A stretch of DNA of 64,000 nt from an uncultured Bacilli bacterium (GTDB lineage Bacteria; Bacillota_I; Bacilli_A; RF39; UBA660), in contig CALVYF010000004.1 of assembly GCA_944372055.1 (NCBI GenBank), forward strand, positions 1,810 through 65,809, written 5' to 3'. The translations under genes and the position numbers were made by a program. Positions 36,764 through 44,827 of this stretch are shown piece after piece (position 1 is the first letter of the stretch; every line of letters starts with the position of its first letter). Under the pieces are notes generated by a model that did no database searches, was not told where the DNA came from, and saw only the letters and a list, made by a program, of their open reading frames with translations.

Positions 36764-37666
36764 ATGTATATAGAAGAGTTGATTTTTTTACTTGTTTTAG
36801 TTGTTGTTATTGTTCTTTATCGTAATTATAAAGGACAAAATGTTGGTAAATTTATTACTTCTCAAGTACAAGGAGTGTATGATAAATTTGCACCTTATTC
36901 TTTTAAAGTTGTACGTGAAAAGACAAAAGAGTTAGGGCAGGAATATACTCCTAGACAATATTTAATTCAAGTTATTATTATGGGAGCTTTTGCTGCCGTA
37001 GTTAGTTATCTATATTTCTATAATTTATTTATTTCATTGGTTTATATGATTGTTGTAATCATGTTTATACCATATTTATCTTATTTACGTTGTAAACGTG
37101 TTTATAGTGAATTTATTTTTGAACAAATTCAAGTTTATACTTCTAATACTATTATGGAATTTGCTACTACGCAGTCTTTTGTCAAAGCTTTGGAGGGTGT
37201 TCGTAACTCTGGTATTTTAGAAGACCCAGTAAAAAGTGATGTTGATCATATGATTGAACTTGCTTATCAGAATGGTAGTATTGAAGAATCTCTTACTTAT
37301 ATGAGTGGTTTGTATCCTTATTATATTGTAAAGAATATGCATCAGTTGTTTTTACAAATTACTAAAGAGGGTGCTAGAAACTCTATGGAGTCTTTGGATA
37401 ATATGCAGCTTGATATTGATATGCTTGTTGAAAGTGTTTATCGTGACCGTATTGAACGTGCTTCTTTTCATAAATCTTTTTTACAATTTGGTATTATGCT
37501 TTATTTATTAGTTATGTTAACTCAATATTTGTTAGGGCGTGAAACGTATTTAATTATGTTAGAACGTTGGTATGTAAAACTTCTACTGCACGGAGTCTTA
37601 ATTATTAATACATACTTCTTATTAAAGGGTGAAAAATATTATAATGAGAATGTAGGTGCTGAATAA
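36764..37666 (+). CDS. tadB: TadB-like type II secretion system F-family membrane protein
   Basis: Polytopic protein immediately after cpaF. It has a soluble helical segment (ALEGVRNSGILEDPV...NGSIEESL) between TM blocks, as in GspF/TadB. Confidence 0.55.
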   Translation: MYIEELIFLLVLVVVIVLYRNYKGQNVGKFITSQVQGVYDKFAPYSFKVVREKTKELGQEYTPRQYLIQVIIMGAFAAVVSYLYFYNLFISLVYMIVVIMFIPYLSYLRCKRVYSEFIFEQIQVYTSNTIMEFATTQSFVKALEGVRNSGILEDPVKSDVDHMIELAYQNGSIEESLTYMSGLYPYYIVKNMHQLFLQITKEGARNSMESLDNMQLDIDMLVESVYRDRIERASFHKSFLQFGIMLYLLVMLTQYLLGRETYLIMLERWYVKLLLHGVLIINTYFLLKGEKYYNENVGAE

Positions 37667-38451
37667 TGGTAGAGATTGTTATAGTTGGTGCTATTATTAT
37701 ATTTGTTTTAATATATAATAATACGATTGATAAGAATAAGTTTATAGCTGATAATGAAAAGTATTTTGATATTTTAAGAGAAGAAGATTATAACTTTTTA
37801 GTATATGCTAGATATGGTGAAGAAGTTGATCCTAATATATTATTTAGAAAAAGAATATATTATGCTGTTTTAGTAGCTATTGTGTTTCTATTTATATTTT
37901 TAAATCAGTTATCATTTCTTAATGTTGTGTTTTGTATTGTTGTAGCAGCTCTTGTTTTTAAGATGCCGTATACACAATTAAAACAGTTTTATAAGGCACA
38001 TTTACATGATATTGATGTTATGTTGCCATATTATTTAAAGAGTTTGGAAATTTTAATTCAACATTATACAGTTCCGGTTGCCTTAGGTAAGTCTATTGAT
38101 GATGCTCCTGATATTTTTAAACCTGGACTTCGTCGATTGATTGAACGTATTAACTCCGGGGATTCTACTATAGATCCATATATGGAGTTCGCTAATACGT
38201 ATCCAGTACGAGATTCTATGCGTATGATGCGTTTGTTGTATCGTTTAGGTCTTGGTTCTCAGGAAAGAAAACAAGAACGTTTAATGATGTTTTCTAGAAC
38301 TGTTTCAAATCTACAGAACAAAGCACGTGAAACTAAATATAAAGAACGTCTTAATCATATGGAGAGTCAAACTATGGTCATGCTTGTAGTTACTGGTATG
38401 GGTACTATGGTTATTATTTTGGTTTCTATGATGATGATGTTTAACATGTAA
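37666..38451 (+). CDS. tadC: TadC-like type II secretion system F-family membrane protein
   Basis: Start overlaps the tadB-like stop. TM-soluble-TM layout with LGKSIDDAPDIFKPGLRRLIERINSGDSTIDPYMEFA. Confidence 0.55.
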   Translation: MVEIVIVGAIIIFVLIYNNTIDKNKFIADNEKYFDILREEDYNFLVYARYGEEVDPNILFRKRIYYAVLVAIVFLFIFLNQLSFLNVVFCIVVAALVFKMPYTQLKQFYKAHLHDIDVMLPYYLKSLEILIQHYTVPVALGKSIDDAPDIFKPGLRRLIERINSGDSTIDPYMEFANTYPVRDSMRMMRLLYRLGLGSQERKQERLMMFSRTVSNLQNKARETKYKERLNHMESQTMVMLVVTGMGTMVIILVSMMMMFNM

Positions 38452-38466
38452 AGTAAGTAAATTTTA

Positions 38467-38495
38467 TTGTAAAAGTGAAATTATGTTGGTATAAT
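38467..38495 (+). promoter_or_regulatory. sigma-A type promoter upstream of the Flp-like pilin gene
   Basis: TTGTAA, a 17-nt spacer, then TGgTATAAT (extended -10). Confidence 0.5.
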
Positions 38496-38535
38496 ATATA
38501 ATGTATATAGAATAGGAAAGGATGTGTATGTCTTA

Positions 38536-38709
38536 ATGAAAGCAGCAACAGGTGAATTAAATTTAACAGTAATTACTCTTATTGCTATTGCGGCAGTAAT
38601 TGGTTTTTTCTGGATTATGTGGCCTAATATTCAAGGTTCTATTAACTCTCAATGGGAGAATATTTCAAGTGATTATAGTGGATATATTGTTTTAGAACAT
38701 AATAAATAA
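38536..38709 (+). CDS. candidate Flp/type IVc-like small pilin
   Basis: 57 aa: short leader MKAATG followed by the hydrophobic helix ELNLTVITLIAIAAVIGFFW. It has its own promoter and sits in the Tad context. It lacks the classical G/xxxxEY motif. Confidence 0.45.
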   Translation: MKAATGELNLTVITLIAIAAVIGFFWIMWPNIQGSINSQWENISSDYSGYIVLEHNK

Positions 38710-38724
38710 AAGGTGGTGTAGGAA

Positions 38725-39171
38725 ATGCGGGATGCTTTAGGTGGTGTTGTCAATTTAGCAATGATTGTTGTATTCCTAGTTTTGGTGTGTGGATATTTAG
38801 CATTTAATGTTAATTATACTAAAGCATTCCGTGTTAAAAACTACATTATCACTTCTTTAGAACAGTATGAAGGTAATTGTAAAAGTGGTACTACTTGTTC
38901 TAATAAAATACAGGCATATATTAAGCAGGTAGGTTATAGCGCTCCAGAATTTCATTTAGAGGATGATTATATTTGTAATTATGGATATTGTTATAAAGAA
39001 TTTAAAGTTTCTAAAGAAACTGGTGATGCTGTTTCTGAGTCTAAAGAGCAAGTTTACTATAGAGTTGTTACTCAGATTAATATTGATATACCAATTATCA
39101 ACAGAATTATGCCTGGTTTAAAGATTTTTCAGATTTCTGGTAATACAAAGTTAATAACACCGTTTAAATAG
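38725..39171 (+). CDS. TadE-like pseudopilin candidate
   Basis: N-terminus MRDALGGVVNLAMIVVFLVLVCGYLAF resembles the TadE N-terminal hydrophobic segment. The domain contains Cys. Confidence 0.4.
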   Translation: MRDALGGVVNLAMIVVFLVLVCGYLAFNVNYTKAFRVKNYIITSLEQYEGNCKSGTTCSNKIQAYIKQVGYSAPEFHLEDDYICNYGYCYKEFKVSKETGDAVSESKEQVYYRVVTQINIDIPIINRIMPGLKIFQISGNTKLITPFK

Positions 39172-39185
39172 GAGAGGTGGCTCTT

Positions 39186-40208
39186 ATGAATGTTATTGTT
39201 AGTAATCAGCAACGTAATGTTTTATCAGGATTAGATATTGATATAATAAAAAGTATTTCTGGTGAATATGATGCAACTGAGTTAGTAGAAATGTTTAAAA
39301 ACTTTTTCTATAATAAAATGATTTTGGATGTGACTGCAATTAAAGATTACCATAGTGTTAAAAGTTTTCAGACGATAGCTATGGGGTTAGATGTAGAAAA
39401 AATTGTTTTCTTTTTGCCAGAAGGAAGTGATGTTTGTACTTCTAATTTTTTGTCTAAATTAGTTTCTATGGGAATTTATAATTTTACTACGAATATAGAA
39501 GGAGTAAAATATTTATTAGAGCATCCAAATACTTATAAACAGGTTGCACATATTCAACAATTAAATGATGTATCTAATGTAAATTCAGTTATGGCAAGTG
39601 TTGAAAGTAGTTCTAATCCCTCTGATAGTTCTACTAGGTTTCGTGGCTCTATCGTAATAGGGGTACGAAATGTTACAGAGGATGCTGGAGCAACTACTTT
39701 TATTTATATATTAAAAAAGGAACTAAAAACTTATTTTGGAGATACTATTATTGCTTTAGAACTTAATAAAAATGATTTTCAGTTTTTTGGTGACAAAAAT
39801 ATGATATCTATTTCTTCTGATCAATTGCAGGGTGCTTTAGCACGCTATTCTGGTGCTTCGGTTCTTTTAGTTGATTTAAATGATTATCCTGATGATTCTT
39901 TCTGTGGAGAAGTTTTGTATTTATTGGAACCATCCACGATTAAACTTAATAAGTTGATTCGGAGAAATCGTAATATTTTTTCAAAACTTCAACATCAAAA
40001 AATTGTTTTAAATAAAAGTTTACTTTCCAATAAGGATATTATGGATTTTGAATATGAAGCGAAAATAAAAGTTTTTTATAATATGCCTCCTCTAGATGAG
40101 AGAAAGAAAAATCCTGTTTTGGAAGACTTTTTATCTCGTTTAGGTATTGTTGCAAAAAGGGAAGAGAAGAAAGAAACAGGTAAAATTTTTGGTTTATTTC
40201 GTAGGTAA
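39186..40208 (+). CDS. TadZ/CpaE-like protein (receiver-like N-domain plus degenerate ParA/MinD-like domain)
   Basis: IVIGVRNVTEDAGATTFIYIL occupies the position of the deviant Walker A but lacks the KGG..GK(T/S) residues. The size and position fit TadZ. Confidence 0.4.
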   Translation: MNVIVSNQQRNVLSGLDIDIIKSISGEYDATELVEMFKNFFYNKMILDVTAIKDYHSVKSFQTIAMGLDVEKIVFFLPEGSDVCTSNFLSKLVSMGIYNFTTNIEGVKYLLEHPNTYKQVAHIQQLNDVSNVNSVMASVESSSNPSDSSTRFRGSIVIGVRNVTEDAGATTFIYILKKELKTYFGDTIIALELNKNDFQFFGDKNMISISSDQLQGALARYSGASVLLVDLNDYPDDSFCGEVLYLLEPSTIKLNKLIRRNRNIFSKLQHQKIVLNKSLLSNKDIMDFEYEAKIKVFYNMPPLDERKKNPVLEDFLSRLGIVAKREEKKETGKIFGLFRR

Positions 40209-40210
40209 TG

Positions 40211-40239
40211 TTGACAAACATTTTATTTTAAGATAAGAT
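40211..40239 (+). promoter_or_regulatory. sigma-A type promoter at the head of the T4SS module
   Basis: TTGACA, a 17-nt spacer, then TAAGAT, directly after the tadZ-like stop. Confidence 0.55.
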
Positions 40240-40263
40240 TATTTTATTGAAGGAGAGTTGTTT

Positions 40264-40620
40264 ATGTTAGATTTATTTCAATTAGGAGTAGTTGGAAATG
40301 TAGATGACAACTGCGGAGGATTAGAGCCTATTGTTAGAATTATTAAGAAAGGTGTATTTCCTATTGTTCAAATTGGTATTCCAATTTTATTAATTGTATT
40401 TGGTACTATCGATTTAGGTAAAGCTGTTATTTCTAGTGATGAAAAAGAAGTAAAACAAGCACAAAGTCGTTTAATTAAAAGATGTATTTATGCAGTTGCA
40501 ATCTTCTTTATTACTACTTTAGTAAGTTTGATTATGTCTTTAGTTTCTACTGGTACTGAAGGTGGAGACGGTGAAGCTGATACTGCTGGATGGGCTAACT
40601 GCTGGAATAGTATTAAATAG
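40264..40620 (+). CDS. VirB2/TrbC-like (PrgF-position) two-TM hairpin protein, candidate T4SS pilin
   Basis: 118 aa: NC-TM1 (IPILLIVFG)-charged loop (SSDEKEVKQAQSRLIKR)-TM2-NCW. First gene after the promoter, with RBS AAGGAGAG and a terminator behind it. Confidence 0.55.
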   Translation: MLDLFQLGVVGNVDDNCGGLEPIVRIIKKGVFPIVQIGIPILLIVFGTIDLGKAVISSDEKEVKQAQSRLIKRCIYAVAIFFITTLVSLIMSLVSTGTEGGDGEADTAGWANCWNSIK

Positions 40621-40636
40621 GAAAATGATAAAATTA

Positions 40637-40665
40637 AATAGCAAAGTAATTGCTATTTTTTTTTT
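40637..40665 (+). terminator. rho-independent terminator or attenuator after the hairpin pilin-like gene
   Basis: 8-bp stem AATAGCAA/TTGCTATT with a 5-nt loop, followed by T9. Confidence 0.65.
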
Positions 40666-40712
40666 ATTTTGATATACTTATTCTGTATGATTGTATATAT
40701 GGAGTGGTGACA

Positions 40713-41912
40713 GTGAAACAGTTTAAATTTTTCTTATTTATCTTTGTCTTTGGTATGTTGTTTTTTGTTCCATATAATACGAAAGCCTTAGAAAATAAAG
40801 TGGTTAGTTGTGATTATCAGTTTACTAATATTCATGGAGAAAAAATTGAATTAGAATATAAGGTGTATTCTGATGGTACTGTCAAAAAGCCTTTTACGGA
40901 TGGTACTTTATATGCAAATGATGGCATTTCTTGGTATCATGCTGATCGTTTTTCTTCAGTTTATTATAATGCAGCAAAACTTAATAGTTATACAATAACT
41001 TGTCCTTCTATTTATGTTCAAGAAAATGATTCTGGTGTTACTGTTTATCCTTATCCACTGAATAGTAGTTCATGTACGGGTCGCTGTTATAATATTACAT
41101 CAGCTTCTCCTAAGCTTTCTAGCTGGGCTAAAGATATTGGGATAAAATCAAAGAGACTTTTGTCAACTTGCACGGGTTCTAGCATGGGATTTTATAATCG
41201 TAAAAGTTATGTTTTACCATATTTTAGGCTTTATTCTGATGGTACAAAAGAATGGAGTGTAGATGGAGAATTATATGTTCCTATTGCTAATGCGATTACT
41301 GGTAAAGTAGGAGATGATAAGTTTTCTATTACAGTAAACGATTCTTTGATTAATTCTATTTTTTCTTCATCAAAGACTACTTGTCCTGCGCAGATTTATC
41401 GTTGTGTTACAAAGACTAAAAATGGTTATTTTTATGAATTGTCCTCTAGTGCTAATCAATGCAGTAAAGATGAGTTGGGTAATAGTGATAGTCAAGGATT
41501 TGGTTCTAAGTATTTTGAAGGTGCTTTTGGAGATCCAACTGATGATAGCAATAATAGCAATAGTTCTGATGTTTTGACGGATTTGCAAGAGAATATCAAT
41601 TCTTATAATCAAAATCCAGAGTGTAATTCTCTTTTGGGAGATGTAGGCAACCCAGAATCAGTTGCTTGGTTATTGCAACAACTTTTAAATTATGTTAAGA
41701 TTTTAGGACCAATTTTGGTTGTTATTCTTAGTAGTTTAGATTTTGCTAAAGCTATTATTGCCAGTGATGATGATAATATGAAAAAAGCGGAACGTAAATT
41801 AATGATTCGTTTAATTTTGGCGGTTGCACTATTTTTGATTCCTACACTTGTTAGTGTTTTACTTAATGTTTTTGGAATCACTTCTGATAATCAAATTTGT
41901 GGTTTGAAATAA
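40713..41912 (+). CDS. secreted Cys-containing domain fused to a C-terminal VirB2-like hairpin
   Basis: The GTG at 40713 lies 8 nt after GGAG. Signal peptide KQFKFFLFIFVFGMLFFVPYNTKA. The C-terminal 90 aa (ECNSLLG...GPILVVILSS...DDDNMKKAERK...FLIPTLVSVLLNVFG..QICG) match the hairpin module. Confidence 0.6.
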   Translation: MKQFKFFLFIFVFGMLFFVPYNTKALENKVVSCDYQFTNIHGEKIELEYKVYSDGTVKKPFTDGTLYANDGISWYHADRFSSVYYNAAKLNSYTITCPSIYVQENDSGVTVYPYPLNSSSCTGRCYNITSASPKLSSWAKDIGIKSKRLLSTCTGSSMGFYNRKSYVLPYFRLYSDGTKEWSVDGELYVPIANAITGKVGDDKFSITVNDSLINSIFSSSKTTCPAQIYRCVTKTKNGYFYELSSSANQCSKDELGNSDSQGFGSKYFEGAFGDPTDDSNNSNSSDVLTDLQENINSYNQNPECNSLLGDVGNPESVAWLLQQLLNYVKILGPILVVILSSLDFAKAIIASDDDNMKKAERKLMIRLILAVALFLIPTLVSVLLNVFGITSDNQICGLK

Positions 41913-41927
41913 AGGTAGGTGATATTA

Positions 41928-43955
41928 ATGACAGATACTTCTACTGCAGATGTGTTTCGTAATTTAGGAAGAACTTTGGGACAAATTTTTAATGTTTGTA
42001 TTTATGCGCTTTTAGGATGGATGTATCAGATATTCTTTAACGTTGCTGGTGCTCAATTGTTTGAAAATGAAACTATTAAGAATTTTTATGGACGTGTTCA
42101 ATTGATTATTGGTGTGTTCATGGTATTCAAAGTGGCAATTTTTATTTTGCAGGGAATTGTGAATCCAGATAAATTTATGGATCCAAAAGAGGGAATTGGT
42201 AATTTTATTACTAGAGTAGTTATCGCTCTTGCTTTACTTACTGTCTTGGTTCCTATTAATATTCCTAATGTTGAAAGTGCTAATTCTTACGAAAAATATC
42301 TTAATAATAATGGTCTTTTGTTTGGTACTTTATATTCTTTACAAGATAGAATTTTGTCTAACAATACACTTGGTAGGCTGATATTAGGTACTACCGATGA
42401 TGCTGATGACAATACAGGAGAACAAGATACTTCTGGTATGACCGAAGCTGAAATTCAGACACAAAAGTTAGAAAGATCTTCTCGAATTTTTACTTCAACA
42501 ATTTTAAAGGGATTTTTAAGAATTAATTTACTCCCTGAGGAAGTTCGTAAATCAGATGATGAAAATGATCAAGAAAATTGGTATTGTGGTGATCATATTG
42601 GGCAAGATGAAAAGGATGCTATTAATATTTATAGACAATTAGATGTTGCTCCTGAAATTTTACTTGATGATGCAATTGTTAAAGCAAAATGTGATTTGAA
42701 TCAGTCTTTTGGGGGCGCCATAGGTAATTTCTTTAATATCGGAGGGGATGCAAAATATTTATTTGCTTTTAATTGGTGGCCGATTGCTATGATTGTTGGG
42801 ATAATCTTTTTAGTTATCATGGTCGGATTTACTGTTGATATTGCAATCAGATCTATTAAACTTGCAATTTTACGTTTGATAGCCCCTATTCCTGTAATTA
42901 GTTATATTGAACCAAAATCATCGAAAGATGGTGGAATGTTTGCTTCATGGGTCAAGGCTTTAACATCGACTTATTTAGATTTGTTTTTGAGATTAGCTAT
43001 TGTATATTTTGTTATTTTCTTAATACAAGATATGATTGTTAATGGTGTTGTTATTAATGAAGCTACTGGTTCTGTTGGAATATTTTCTATTATCTTTATT
43101 TGGATTGGTTTATTCTTCTTTGCTAAGATGGCTCCTAAATTTATTAAAGATGCCCTTGGATTAAAAGGTTCTATGTCTAATGTTGGTCTTAGTGGTATTT
43201 TAGGTGCTGCTGGTGCCATTCGTCAAGGAGGATCAGTGATGGATGCGGCTTGGGCTGCTAGTGATGCTGCTAATGCACAGGTCCAATCATATAATCAAGG
43301 TAAGCCTGCTCCTAGTGTTGGCATGGCTTTTAACGCAGGTAGAGATTTAGCAGCACAGATGATGACCGGTGATGAGCGTATGAATCATCAAAAAATGTCT
43401 CGTGGTTGGTGGCAATTGAGGGAGATGGGTATTACACCTCAAGGTGCTGATAAAGTCCATAAGGCTGCTATTAATGCGCAGGCATTTAGCGATCGTATGT
43501 CTTCAGACTTTGTTGCTGGTGTTGGACAATACATGGATAAAAATGGACAAATGCATGATTATCAGTATAAAGATGATCAAGGTAATCTTCATAGTGTTAT
43601 GGATTGGGCTACTGATGAAAACGGTAATAGAGTTCGAGTTCTTAACAAAGATAAAGCTTCTCTTGCTTTGGCACAACAGAGAGAACTTGCTGGAAAACTT
43701 GCTTCTCGTGATAAGAAAATTGACGCAGAAATGCATAGGACTGGTCAAGCTCGTGGATTTCGAGATTCTGTACGTAGACCAAATGATAAATCAACTCATC
43801 CACTTACTCAAGGGATTACGGATGTATATTTGTCTAGACGAAAAGCGCAGACTTATGATCCAGTTGAGGATAAATATGGGGAAAAAGGTGAAGATAATTA
43901 TATGTTGCGTGGTGGTACTCATGCTACAGGATATGATATTACTGAGCATTACTAA
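41928..43955 (+). CDS. VirB6/TrbL-like polytopic channel protein (PrgH/TcpH position)
   Basis: At least 6 TM helices, a long hydrophilic C-terminal domain, and a position between the pilin-like genes and VirB3/VirB4. The call rests on context and topology only. Confidence 0.5.
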   Translation: MTDTSTADVFRNLGRTLGQIFNVCIYALLGWMYQIFFNVAGAQLFENETIKNFYGRVQLIIGVFMVFKVAIFILQGIVNPDKFMDPKEGIGNFITRVVIALALLTVLVPINIPNVESANSYEKYLNNNGLLFGTLYSLQDRILSNNTLGRLILGTTDDADDNTGEQDTSGMTEAEIQTQKLERSSRIFTSTILKGFLRINLLPEEVRKSDDENDQENWYCGDHIGQDEKDAINIYRQLDVAPEILLDDAIVKAKCDLNQSFGGAIGNFFNIGGDAKYLFAFNWWPIAMIVGIIFLVIMVGFTVDIAIRSIKLAILRLIAPIPVISYIEPKSSKDGGMFASWVKALTSTYLDLFLRLAIVYFVIFLIQDMIVNGVVINEATGSVGIFSIIFIWIGLFFFAKMAPKFIKDALGLKGSMSNVGLSGILGAAGAIRQGGSVMDAAWAASDAANAQVQSYNQGKPAPSVGMAFNAGRDLAAQMMTGDERMNHQKMSRGWWQLREMGITPQGADKVHKAAINAQAFSDRMSSDFVAGVGQYMDKNGQMHDYQYKDDQGNLHSVMDWATDENGNRVRVLNKDKASLALAQQRELAGKLASRDKKIDAEMHRTGQARGFRDSVRRPNDKSTHPLTQGITDVYLSRRKAQTYDPVEDKYGEKGEDNYMLRGGTHATGYDITEHY

Positions 43956-43983
43956 TAGAATTTTTAATGGAGTGTGATATATA

Positions 43984-44301
43984 GTGAATTATTTAATACC
44001 TGCTAATACGAAGAAAGGTCAATTAATCTTAGGATTATTTAGACCTTTCGACTTGATTTTATTTTTATCCGGGGTTATGGTTACTGTTATATTACTGGCT
44101 TTTTTACCACTTACTAATACTTGGCTTACTATTTTAATAGTTAGTCCGGCTGTTATTTGTGGATTTCTTGTAATGCCAGTACCTTATTATCATAATATTT
44201 TAAATATTATTGTTGAGATATATGAGTATTTTTCTAATCCTCAGACATATCATTGGAAAGGTTGGTGTTTCATGAATGAAAAAGAAAATCGTAGGAAGTA
44301 A
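43984..44301 (+). CDS. PrgI/VirB3-like small membrane protein
   Basis: 105 aa: IPANTKKGQLILGLFRPFDLILFL followed by two TM helices. It overlaps the VirB4 N-terminal gene. Confidence 0.6.
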   Translation: MNYLIPANTKKGQLILGLFRPFDLILFLSGVMVTVILLAFLPLTNTWLTILIVSPAVICGFLVMPVPYYHNILNIIVEIYEYFSNPQTYHWKGWCFMNEKENRRK

Positions 44302-44827
44302 TTTTACAGAGAATTGGTTACCTGTTAAAGCGATTCAAAATGGTATGATTATTACGTATGATAATTTAAAAGTTTCTGGAGTTAAAATTTCTCCACGTAA
44401 TATCTTTATTTTAGATCCACAAGCTCAAGATAATGTATTAATTAGTTTAAAGAATTTCTATAATATGATAGATTTTGAGTTTTGGTTAGTAGTTGCAGAT
44501 AGACCTGTAGATATTTCTGTTTATATGTCTCAACTACAACTTTTATACAATGAAACACAATCTCCTGCTATACGCAAATTAATTATGCAAGATATTGATA
44601 AGGGAAATACATTTATTAATAATAATATTGTTGATACTGAGTATTATTTCTTATTTAAAGAGAAAGATTCAGATGTGGTTCAAAAGAAAGTTCGTATGTT
44701 AATCCAAGGACTTGCTAGTTGTGGACTTAATGCTTCACAAACTACGAATGATGATTTAAGAATTATTTTGGATAATTTCTTAAACGGGGGTAAAACTACT
44801 GAATTTGGGACGGTGATGCCTGTATGA
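44276..44827 (+). CDS. VirB4-family ATPase, N-terminal fragment (separate ORF)
   Basis: FTENWLPVKAIQNGMIITYDNLKVSGVKISPRNIFIL matches the conserved start of Gram-positive VirB4/TcpF/PrgJ-type proteins. It ends in an ATGA overlap with the next ORF. Confidence 0.6.
   Translation: MKKKIVGSNFTENWLPVKAIQNGMIITYDNLKVSGVKISPRNIFILDPQAQDNVLISLKNFYNMIDFEFWLVVADRPVDISVYMSQLQLLYNETQSPAIRKLIMQDIDKGNTFINNNIVDTEYYFLFKEKDSDVVQKKVRMLIQGLASCGLNASQTTNDDLRIILDNFLNGGKTTEFGTVMPV

Noticed and set aside
35320-38451. Reading the ATPase plus GspF-like genes as a spoIIIA-type sporulation feeding-tube operon. SpoIIIAA and SpoIIIAB are also T2SSE- and GspF-like, and the organism has sporulation genes.
   Set aside because: The gene content differs. 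CpaB, Flp-like, TadE-like and TadZ-like neighbours are present, while the SpoIIIAC-AH small membrane and ring proteins are absent. The ATPase is much longer than SpoIIIAA.
43444-43977. 177-aa +-strand ORF in another frame inside the VirB6-like gene, and an 81-aa antisense ORF at 43503..43748.
   Set aside because: Both lie entirely within the better-supported 41928..43955 frame. They have no RBS and leucine/isoleucine-rich shadow composition.
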